A stretch of 64,000 nucleotides of DNA, taken from NCBI GenBank assembly GCA_023151185.1, contig JAKLJL010000010.1, positions 64,001-128,000 of the forward strand, in the 5' to 3' direction. The stretch comes from Bacteroidota bacterium. Its GTDB lineage: Bacteria > Bacteroidota > JABWAT01. The translations under genes and the position numbers were made by a program. The notes below the pieces were generated by a model. That model was not told where the DNA came from. It saw only the letters and a list, made by a program, of their open reading frames with translations, and did not search any database. Of the stretch, positions 1 through 8,804 are shown one piece after another; position 1 is the stretch's first letter, and every line of letters starts with the position of its first letter.

Positions 1-422
1 TTGATGTTATATCCTTCAGATTTAAAAGATCCATTTATTCCTGGCCGCTTGGTATCCCGTTTGGACCGTCATTTGATGCCCCGGGTAAAAACTATCCCGG
101 ACATGCCCGAATTCTTGCCCCTACAATCGGATATCAACGTTTTTGGTGGAAAGGTGCTTACACAGCCCTTTATGCAATGAATGCCTTTGAAAAGTATTTC
201 GATTCCAAAAATAAAGTTATCGGGAATGGGTATACCCTTTATCTTGACTTCTATTTAGGGTACCAGTTTAAGTTCTTTAATGACCGGTTCTTTTTTGAAC
301 CTGCCATTGGCTGCAGTTACTGGCCGTTAAGAACGGGTGTTCCTGACTCCTTTAAACAGACTGAAAAGAAGTGGCCAAACTATTTTATCCAACCGGGACT
401 TGATTTTGGTTTTAATTTTTAA
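1..422 (+). CDS. Outer-membrane beta-barrel family protein, 5' end truncated by the window edge; paralog of the next gene
   Basis: The frame is open from position 3 to the stop at 422. The C-terminal half aligns with ORF 483..1106 (FFFEP...KWP.Y..PGL.(F/V)GFNF), and the terminal aromatic Phe is typical of OMP barrels. Confidence 0.5.
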   Translation, partial: DVISFRFKRSIYSWPLGIPFGPSFDAPGKNYPGHARILAPTIGYQRFWWKGAYTALYAMNAFEKYFDSKNKVIGNGYTLYLDFYLGYQFKFFNDRFFFEPAIGCSYWPLRTGVPDSFKQTEKKWPNYFIQPGLDFGFNF

Positions 423-482
423 GCTGAACCGAAAAACAACCAGAGATCAGGCAGTAAAATTTAACTTAAATGGAGTTTTTAA

Positions 483-1106
483 ATGAGAAAATTGTGGTTC
501 AGTTTTATTTTGGTGCTGGCCGGTAGTTTACAGGTTAAGGCACAATATGCTGAAAATGATACAACCTATAAAAAATGGTTTGTCGGGACCTCCTTATTTG
601 TTTTGCTGGGAAATCTCGACAAAGAAAATCCGCCCAACTTTTTTCAGGTGACCTTCGGCTACCGGCTTACCGGAAAGGATGTATTAACAATTTCCCCGAA
701 AACCTGGAAGTATGCCTGGCCAAACGGGATTCATCCTTTTTTCAATGATGCCTATAAAGATCCTAAGGAAAAATTTCCGGGTTATGTTCGTGAATATGGT
801 GCAACATTTTCTTACACCCGGTTTATTTGGGAAGGCCTGTATGCTCAGCTTGATGTGATGCCGGCCTGGCAAAACTTTGTAAATAACAAGGGCAGAAAAA
901 TTGATGACGGGTTTCAGATTTTCAACTCTTACCGTGTTGGGTATCATATCAAACTGTTTAAAGATAAATTTTTCTTTGAACCGTCTGTTTGCATGACTCA
1001 CCGTGCCTATCACACAAAACTTCCTGACGGATTCAGGCAACTGGATGATAAATGGCCTAAGTACGTCTTTCCTGAACCTGGGCTTAATGTGGGTTTTAAT
1101 TTTTAA
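483..1106 (+). CDS. Secreted/outer-membrane protein, tandem paralog of the upstream partial gene
   Basis: It has an N-terminal signal peptide (MRKLWFSFILVLAGSLQVKAQ) and ends in GLNVGFNF. The C-terminal 60 residues match the upstream ORF's motif. Confidence 0.55.
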   Translation: MRKLWFSFILVLAGSLQVKAQYAENDTTYKKWFVGTSLFVLLGNLDKENPPNFFQVTFGYRLTGKDVLTISPKTWKYAWPNGIHPFFNDAYKDPKEKFPGYVREYGATFSYTRFIWEGLYAQLDVMPAWQNFVNNKGRKIDDGFQIFNSYRVGYHIKLFKDKFFFEPSVCMTHRAYHTKLPDGFRQLDDKWPKYVFPEPGLNVGFNF

Positions 1107-1131
1107 GTAACTGCTAAACCGGAGCCAAATA

Positions 1132-1554
1132 ATGAACAAACCCGAAACTACCCTGGAAGAGATTCAGGTAAATGTAAAGGTCAAGCTTGCATTTCTATGG
1201 ACGAGTTTTATGTTTCTTTATCTCTATGTCGATCATTTCCACTTGTATATGCCCGGCAAGATAGATTCTATTTTACAGGGAAAGGTTTTCGTATTTGAAA
1301 TCACCCAGGGTTTTATATTTACCGCACTTTCTCTGGCCACAATTCCGATGCTGATGATTTTTCTTTCTGTTTCGCTTAAGGCAAAATCAAACCGGCTGGT
1401 AAATTTAATTGCTGCAACCTTCCATATTCCGTACATGCTGTTTAACCTGGCCGGTGAAGCCTGGGTGCACATGGTATTTGCTGCTGCTGTGGAAGTTGTT
1501 CTTTTAGTGCTCATAATCCGGTATGCCTGGAAATGGCCCCGTATTGAAGCCTGA
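1132..1554 (+). CDS. Small integral membrane protein of unknown function (3-4 transmembrane segments)
   Basis: The 140-aa ORF has hydrophobic segments (FLWTSFMFLYLYV, IFTALSLATIPMLMIFLSV, AAAVEVVLLVLII). Only a short gap separates it from the upstream gene. Confidence 0.5.
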   Translation: MNKPETTLEEIQVNVKVKLAFLWTSFMFLYLYVDHFHLYMPGKIDSILQGKVFVFEITQGFIFTALSLATIPMLMIFLSVSLKAKSNRLVNLIAATFHIPYMLFNLAGEAWVHMVFAAAVEVVLLVLIIRYAWKWPRIEA

Positions 1555-1692
1555 ACAAATGACAGATTAAACACAAACCACTTACAGGCGTTTGGAAAAG
1601 TGGGTTCAGGGTTTTGAAATTCCCTTCGACGCCAGGCAGAAAAACGATAATCGAAACCTTTACCAGACACTTCATTAACTAATAGACTATAG

Positions 1693-2385
<693 letters not shown>

Positions 2386-2474
2386 TTTTCACTTGCCTAA
2401 AGCAAAGGGCAAGGTTTTTGATGAAAAACCCAGAACTGATTTTAAAAAAAGAAATTGGCATCAATAATTGTTCA

Positions 2475-2651
2475 ATGAAACCCATAAATCTTTCCTTCTT
2501 ATTATCCGTTTTACTGTTGGTTTCAAAGCAAACTTATGCACAGCACTCAGATACATGGTTTGTTAAAGACCGCCACATCAATACAAAAGTGTTAAAAGAA
2601 GGCTCTCATCGCTATCTCGTGAACTTTAAGATTGGTAAAAATGCACCCTGA
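2475..2651 (+). CDS. Possible small secreted protein (58 aa)
   Basis: The internal Met yields a classical signal peptide MKPINLSFLLSVLLLVSKQTYAQ. The ORF is small with no recognisable domain, so this call is weak. Confidence 0.25.
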   Translation: MKPINLSFLLSVLLLVSKQTYAQHSDTWFVKDRHINTKVLKEGSHRYLVNFKIGKNAP

Positions 2652-3334
2652 AGCTGGATTCAGGTCCGGATAAGAACCAGTGAACGTACCATGCAAAATA
2701 AAAAACCGGTTATCCTAATAACACAGCAGCGGGGAGACAAAGAATCACCCATTCTTACAGTAAAATCGGTATAGGATGATTATACAATGATACCAGTTGC
2801 TCATGAGTTTGGGAATAAACAGCGGTTTTGCGCTGCCCAGATAAATAGTGAAAGTAAAACTGTACTGTATAACGGCAGCCTGGTATCAGATGCTGATACT
2901 TTAAAACACAGGAAAGCCTTATGGTTAGTTATTTGAAAGCATAGGGAAAAATTATTTTTTAACCGGCATCTTGATATGGAAGTTTTTTAAACACTCACCT
3001 ATAAAAATGGAGTACCATTTTTTGGACCCTTCTACGACCCCGGAAGGTCATCGTCTTTTGCAAAAGCAGCTTAAACAGTTGCTGGCGCAGCACAACTAAA
3101 CGGGCAGGATAATCAGGCAATTGATTGCAGGTTATCAGAAGTGTGGCACAAATCGAGTATTTGATACTGAAACTGGTGAAAAGATGGGGAATCCAATTGA
3201 GACACTTCAACAGATGAAGAAAGAGTTAAGTTTGGGGTGCCCTGGAAAAGAAGGCCTGGTCATTCCTTTTAAAATGGAAAAATTCCAGCTCTTAATCATT
3301 TCATAACTTTGAAAATTTAAAACCCGGCAACACG

Positions 3335-4417
3335 ATGAGTCGAATTTATTTAACTTTTCTTTTTATATTGAATCTCACCAGCTTATGGGCTCAGAAGACG
3401 GCTCCATTTGCCGACTCACTCCGGATTGTATACCATATTCCAGAAATTAGTTATGCCGTAGTTGATTCCAAATCAATATTGGAAATTGCGGCATTGGGCA
3501 AACACTCTGTTGCTCTTCCGGATACTGCAACCCTAAACGATAGATTTCACATTGGTTCTAATACCAAAGCAATGACGGCATTTATAATTGCCAGATATGT
3601 GGAAAATGGAAAGTTGAAATGGAATACAAAATATTTTGATTTATTTCCTGAATGGAAGGAAAAAAGCAAGCCTGAATATGCCAGCATTACTCTTCAGGAT
3701 TTGCTTTCACATCAAGCAGGAATACAACCATTTCAAGGAGACGGCGACCCTCAAATACCTGACTACAAAGGAACAAACCAGGAAAAGAGAAAACAATTCG
3801 GACAATTCGTATTAACACAAGAGTCTGTTACTCTCGATGAAAAAACTCCGTTTGTTTATTCAAATGCGGGATATACCCTGGCAACATTAATGTTAGAAAA
3901 GGTTACAGGGAAGAGTTGGGAACAGCTAGTCCAAAAAGTATTCAATGAAGATTTAAAGCTGAATGTAGAATTCTCGTGGCCGGAAAATCAAAAACAGAAG
4001 GATACCTGGGGGCATAGTTTTGTAAATGGCAAACTCATCCCAGTTCCATCAACAGTTGATTTTCATTTGGATTATACAGAACCTGCAGGAGATTTAAATA
4101 TCAAGTTAAATGACTACATCAGATTTATTCAATTGAATTTAGAAGGGCTAAACGGGCAAAATAATTATTTGACGGCCAAAACCTATTCATTTATTCATCG
4201 AGGAATAGAGAACTATTCTTTGGGTTGGTATAATATTTATGAAAACGGCAAGGAGCTTTCAACACATTCAGGTACAGTTGGAACCTATTATACACTTGTT
4301 CAAATCGATAGAATTAAAGGGATTGCCTATGTAATATTTACAAATTCCTTTAATCAAGATACCCAACAAGGTGTAAGGCTTTTGATGAGAAAAATGAAAG
4401 AAAATTACGGCAGCTAA
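3335..4417 (+). CDS. Serine hydrolase of the beta-lactamase family (class C beta-lactamase / esterase-like), secreted
   Basis: A signal peptide is followed by the S-x-x-K motif (IGSNTKAM), Y-x-N (YSNAGY) and an HSG triad variant. It is 360 aa. Confidence 0.75.
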   Translation: MSRIYLTFLFILNLTSLWAQKTAPFADSLRIVYHIPEISYAVVDSKSILEIAALGKHSVALPDTATLNDRFHIGSNTKAMTAFIIARYVENGKLKWNTKYFDLFPEWKEKSKPEYASITLQDLLSHQAGIQPFQGDGDPQIPDYKGTNQEKRKQFGQFVLTQESVTLDEKTPFVYSNAGYTLATLMLEKVTGKSWEQLVQKVFNEDLKLNVEFSWPENQKQKDTWGHSFVNGKLIPVPSTVDFHLDYTEPAGDLNIKLNDYIRFIQLNLEGLNGQNNYLTAKTYSFIHRGIENYSLGWYNIYENGKELSTHSGTVGTYYTLVQIDRIKGIAYVIFTNSFNQDTQQGVRLLMRKMKENYGS

Positions 4418-5012
4418 AATCGGTTTAGTTTCACTGTTTTCAGTCGGCAATTGGGGGGAATGGGACTTATTCTTCTTTGCCGGCATATTTTTATTATTTT
4501 CCGGTTTTCGCCATTTTATTCCTTTTAAGCTACTTTAGATGACGCTTCCGGAGATGCCTAAAAAAACCTGATTTCATTTTTAAACCCTTCCAAATATCCG
4601 CCATCTATGCTCTGATCAGTAATGACATTTGGTGGTGCCTTTCTTTTCATGGTAAATACTGAGAAGTAAAAAGGAAAGGCGGTAAAGTATTTTAGCACTT
4701 TCGGACGGGTTCCCTTCTTTTATTACAATTCGCACCTAAACCTGATGCATTTAGTCGCCATGATTTTTGCAGAATTCGCAGGGTTGTGCTGAAGAATTAT
4801 AATTTTACAAGATCGGGTATCTGAACCACCATCATTAAAAGGATATGGTTTTCAACTTCGGGAGGTTTGTTCTATTTGGATTTTTGTGATAGTTTTAGTA
4901 TATCCGGTGTGCAGAAAACTTGAAAGTTATATACAAAATCACAAAAACAAATGGTAGTTGATTTACCATCACGAGAAAGAGAACAGTCAGAACAGGTACC
5001 CTAAAAAAACAG

Positions 5013-5489
5013 ATGAGAATCAGAGAAGCTAAAATTGCAGATATCAAACAAATTCAAATCATAAGGAATTCTGTTAAAGAAAACACGTTATCCAATCCAG
5101 ACCTGGTGACAGACAAAGACTGTGAAGAATTTATTACTGTTAGAGGAAAAGGATGGGTTTGTGAATTTGAAGAACAAATTGTTGGATTTGCAATTGTTGA
5201 CTTGAAGGAAAATAACATTTGGGCTCTGTTTTTAGATCCTGAATTTGAGGGAAGGGGTATTGGTCAAACCTTGCATAATACCATGCTGGACTGGTATTTC
5301 AAACAGACAAAAGAAAAAATCTGGCTGGGAACTGCCTTCAATACACGGGCAGAAAAATTTTACAGTAAAGCAGGCTGGACCGAAGCAGGAACACATGGCA
5401 TCAAGGAAATCAGGTTTGAAATGACCTTTGAAGACTGGACTACCATCTCAAACTCACTATCACCACGTAAAAATCAGGATTTAACTTAA
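5013..5489 (+). CDS. GNAT family N-acetyltransferase
   Basis: It has the acetyl-CoA binding signature (EFEGRGIGQTLHNTML) and is about 158 aa. Confidence 0.75.
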   Translation: MRIREAKIADIKQIQIIRNSVKENTLSNPDLVTDKDCEEFITVRGKGWVCEFEEQIVGFAIVDLKENNIWALFLDPEFEGRGIGQTLHNTMLDWYFKQTKEKIWLGTAFNTRAEKFYSKAGWTEAGTHGIKEIRFEMTFEDWTTISNSLSPRKNQDLT

Positions 5490-5505
5490 CAAGGAAAAAC
5501 AATCC

Positions 5506-5937
5506 GTGCCAACCATCAATCCGCAGATCAACTTCAACGGTAACGCAGAAGAAGCCTTTACCTTTTACCAGTCCGTTTTTGGTGGAGAGTTTGTCAACAT
5601 CATCCGGTTCAAAGATCTGGAAGGGCAGGGGTTCCCGGTTGCTGAAAGCGAAAAAAATAAGCTAATGAACATTGCCCTGCGGATCGGACCGAATTTTCTG
5701 CTGGGGAATGATGTCCCTGAAAGTATGGGAAAAACCAATGAAAATGAGAACAGAAGTAAAATTTCCGTAACCGCAGAAAACAAAGAAGAAGCGATCCGGA
5801 TCTTTGATGGTCTTTCATCCGGCGGACAAATTGAAGTCCCCCTGGAGGAAGGTCCCGGCGGAACCTATTTCAGCATGTTCAGGGACAAATACGGAATTGA
5901 ATGGATGGTGACTTTTGATCCGGATGCAAAACGATAA
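5506..5937 (+). CDS. VOC (glyoxalase/bleomycin resistance) superfamily protein, PhnB-like
   Basis: The N-terminal block INFNGNAEEAFTFYQSVFGG and the C-terminal block GIEWMV match the PhnB/3-demethylubiquinone-9 methyltransferase-like domain family. Confidence 0.6.
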   Translation: MPTINPQINFNGNAEEAFTFYQSVFGGEFVNIIRFKDLEGQGFPVAESEKNKLMNIALRIGPNFLLGNDVPESMGKTNENENRSKISVTAENKEEAIRIFDGLSSGGQIEVPLEEGPGGTYFSMFRDKYGIEWMVTFDPDAKR

Positions 5938-5985
5938 GGAACGGCGGACTGTCAGGTTAACCCCTGATTTTAATTTTCAGAGTTT

Positions 5986-6576
5986 ATGACGAACAAAACA
6001 ACCGGAAGCCGGAACCCTGTCTGGTGGCTTTTTCTGGCCCGTTTAACTGCTGCGCTACTGGCATTTTCATGCGGGGAAACGCCTGACAATAAAAATTTAC
6101 AGCCTCCGCAAGAGGTGACCCGGGTATCAGAATCAGACTACACGGTCCCGGAACCAGCAGAAACCCTGCTAACAGAAGATTCCGATTCTGAGTATTTCTA
6201 CATTGTCACAGCAGATACCCATCAGAACTATTTTTTCCTTGATAGAAAAATGCTGGAAATGGCCGGCCGGCTGAACCTGCCGATTGACACGATGGGACGG
6301 TATTATAATCCGGAGAAAAACAAAATCATCCTGCCGGAAACTGATGAGGATGATGTTTGGGCAGGTGATTATTACCCGCGCAGATTCCCTTCCGATTTTC
6401 TGAGCCTTGAACACCTGAGTTATTATCAGTTGTCTGCAAACCCGAAAACGATTGCACTCATTGCCGGCATATTCGAAACTGAACAACGTGCAGACAGTGC
6501 CGTCTCCTTTTTAAAGAAACAGGGTGAATCTGCCTTTTCATTCAGGGCTAAACTCTTTACCGGTTGCCTGCACTGA
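5986..6576 (+). CDS. Hypothetical lipoprotein
   Basis: It has a signal peptide with a lipobox (LLAFSC). The mature part is acidic and low-complexity, with no recognisable domain. Confidence 0.5.
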   Translation: MTNKTTGSRNPVWWLFLARLTAALLAFSCGETPDNKNLQPPQEVTRVSESDYTVPEPAETLLTEDSDSEYFYIVTADTHQNYFFLDRKMLEMAGRLNLPIDTMGRYYNPEKNKIILPETDEDDVWAGDYYPRRFPSDFLSLEHLSYYQLSANPKTIALIAGIFETEQRADSAVSFLKKQGESAFSFRAKLFTGCLH

Positions 6577-6734
6577 AACCGGATTTGTCCTTTTTTAAAC
6601 TGCCGGTTCCAAAAAGTCCGGTTGGTTTTGCATGAGGTCTGGATCGCAGGATTTTGAACCGTATTTTCACTATTTTTCTTCCCTTTTTGGGGGGATCGGT
6701 TTTGCACTTACCCCGGATCAGAAACAGTAAACGG

Positions 6735-7313
6735 ATGGCGTTTATGAGACCTGTCATTTCATTTATGCACCTTTCTCTTGATGGCTTTGTTGCCGGGCCT
6801 AACGGTGAAATGGACTGGATTTGTGTGGATGAGGAAATTTTTGAACATGTCGGGCGCCGGATTCAGGAAGGGGATACAGCCCTTTACGGCCGGAAAACCT
6901 TCGAGATGATGGAAGCCTACTGGCCAACAGCCGGAGATCAGCCAAACGCCACCCACCATGACCGGTCCCATTCTGCCTGGTATCAAAAAATTCAAAAAGT
7001 AGTACTTTCCACAACACTTGACGAAAAAAACTACCGGAACACCCGCGTAACCGGCAGCAACCCGGTTGAAAAGATACAATCTATCAGACAGCAGACCGGA
7101 CCGGAAATCCTCCTTTTCGGAAGTCCGGCAGCAACTCATTTCCTGATTCAGCAGGATTTAATCGACGGGTACTGGCTTTTTGTGAATCCGGTGATTTTGG
7201 GTAGCGGTATTCCACTCTTTGCCGGTATCCAGAATAAAATTAACCTGAAACTGGTGTCAACCCGGCAGTTTTCCTGCGGCGTTACTGAATTGAATTACCG
7301 GGTCAGGCGGTAA
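6735..7313 (+). CDS. Dihydrofolate reductase family protein (RibD C-terminal domain / YwjB-like)
   Basis: It contains the ISLDGFVAGPNGEMDW and LYGRKTFEMM blocks. The start is moved to the ATG at 6735, verified in the sequence; the ORF-track start at 6654 adds an implausible leader. Confidence 0.7.
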   Translation: MAFMRPVISFMHLSLDGFVAGPNGEMDWICVDEEIFEHVGRRIQEGDTALYGRKTFEMMEAYWPTAGDQPNATHHDRSHSAWYQKIQKVVLSTTLDEKNYRNTRVTGSNPVEKIQSIRQQTGPEILLFGSPAATHFLIQQDLIDGYWLFVNPVILGSGIPLFAGIQNKINLKLVSTRQFSCGVTELNYRVRR

Positions 7314-7383
7314 ACCTGCGCCAGGTGATCCGCCAGAAAAAAAAGACGGAGACTTTCTGAGAAAATTAATTGCAGCTATCAAC

Positions 7384-7914
7384 ATGACACTTGACGGGAT
7401 TTGTGATCATACAGCGGTTACTCCCGATGAGTCGCTTCATGATCATTACACTGACCTTCTCCGAACGGCAGGTGTCCTTTTATATGGCCGGAAAACCTTT
7501 CAACTGATGGAATACTGGCGGTCGGTTGCTGAATCACCAACCGGGAATAGATCACTGGATGATTTTGCCAGGGTCATGGATGCCGTCCCCAAAGTTGTGT
7601 TTTCACGGACATTAACCGAAACGGACTGGCCTGGTGCCCGAATCGCAACCCGGGACCTGCGGACTGAAGTTGAAGATCTTAAGCAGCAGGATGGCCTGGC
7701 TGTTTACGCCGGATCTCCGGGGTTGATTTCTTCATTAACAGAACTGAATCTGATTGATGAATACCAGATCTGTCTGCATCCGGTAATTGCGGGCGGTGGT
7801 CTGCCGCTTTTCAGGGATTTGACCCGGAATAAAAACCTGAATCTGGTCCAAACCAAACAGCTTGCCTCCGGCGCCCTGATTCTGTATTACTCCGCTTCAA
7901 CCCTGATTTCCTGA
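7384..7914 (+). CDS. Dihydrofolate reductase family protein (RibD_C), tandem paralog; N-terminus or start codon uncertain
   Basis: LYGRKTFQLMEYW and the C-terminal VIAGGGLPLF align to the upstream paralog. The frame stays open upstream through ...LRKLIAAIN with no ATG, GTG or TTG. Confidence 0.55.
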   Translation: MTLDGICDHTAVTPDESLHDHYTDLLRTAGVLLYGRKTFQLMEYWRSVAESPTGNRSLDDFARVMDAVPKVVFSRTLTETDWPGARIATRDLRTEVEDLKQQDGLAVYAGSPGLISSLTELNLIDEYQICLHPVIAGGGLPLFRDLTRNKNLNLVQTKQLASGALILYYSASTLIS

Positions 7915-7965
7915 TACGATTAAGAACCTGATGCCTTTGCCGGCATTCTGAACGGACAAATCCCA

Positions 7966-8592
7966 ATGAAAAAATACTACCTTCTTGTTTTTCTTTTCTT
8001 TGCCGGGCTGATCGGATCCGGTATTCAGCCGCATGACTATTTTACCTGGTTTCTGGAAGTTTTTCCGGCCATACTCGGAGCTCTGGTTCTGGCAGTCACT
8101 TTCAAAAAGTTCAGGTTTACCGATCTGACTTACAGTCTGATTCTGGTTCATTGCTTTATCCTGTTTATCGGCGGGCATTATACCTATGCTGAAGTTCCGC
8201 TTTTTGACTGGATCAGGGAGGTTTTGAACCAGACCCGGAACAATTATGATAAAGTCGGGCATTTTGCACAGGGATTTGTTCCTGCCCTGATTGTGCGGGA
8301 ATTATTCCTGCGGCTGGAAATTGTTCAGAAAAAAGGATGGATTTCCTTTCTGACGGTTACGGTTTGCATGAGCATCAGTGTCGTGTATGAATTTCTGGAA
8401 TGGTTCGTTGCCCTGAGCACCGGTGAATCGGCGGATGCTTTCCTGGGTACACAGGGATATATCTGGGACACTCAGTCGGATATGTTTCTGGCAACTCTTG
8501 GCGCTCTGACGATGGTTCTTCTGTTTTCAAAGGTTCAGGACCGGATGATCCGGAACCTGGATCCAAATGGGGATTCTGCTTCCCGACCCTGA
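7966..8592 (+). CDS. DUF2238 (YjdF-like) inner-membrane protein
   Basis: It has multiple transmembrane segments, and the conserved core KVGHFAQGFVPALIVRE...EFLEW is reminiscent of the YjdF family. This is a family guess from memory. Confidence 0.5.
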   Translation: MKKYYLLVFLFFAGLIGSGIQPHDYFTWFLEVFPAILGALVLAVTFKKFRFTDLTYSLILVHCFILFIGGHYTYAEVPLFDWIREVLNQTRNNYDKVGHFAQGFVPALIVRELFLRLEIVQKKGWISFLTVTVCMSISVVYEFLEWFVALSTGESADAFLGTQGYIWDTQSDMFLATLGALTMVLLFSKVQDRMIRNLDPNGDSASRP

Positions 8593-8804
8593 AACTGAAG
8601 GCAGGGGTTTTTTGATCCGGAAACAGTCCCTGCCTCTCTCCTGCACAGTACTTCCTCCCGGCTTGTCACCGCTTCCGGTTGCCGGCAGTCAAATTTCCTG
8701 CCGGACGTAAACCTCTGACACGATCAACCTGATCCTGCATCCAACCGCTGTTCTTAGCCCGAAACGGGTCTAAGCTGAAAAATTACTTACCAAACCAAAC
8801 TATA

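Noticed and set aside
2650-5012. tRNA or other RNA genes in the long intergenic gaps 2650-3335 and 4420-5012
   Set aside because: Reading both strands shows no cloverleaf-compatible segments (no GTTC-type T-loops with paired stems). The regions are AT-rich promoter/leader-like sequence.
6654-6734. Upstream extension of the first DHFR-family gene (ORF-track start at 6654)
   Set aside because: The family-typical N-terminus begins at the ATG at 6735. The extension is hydrophobic and basic leader-like sequence without conservation.
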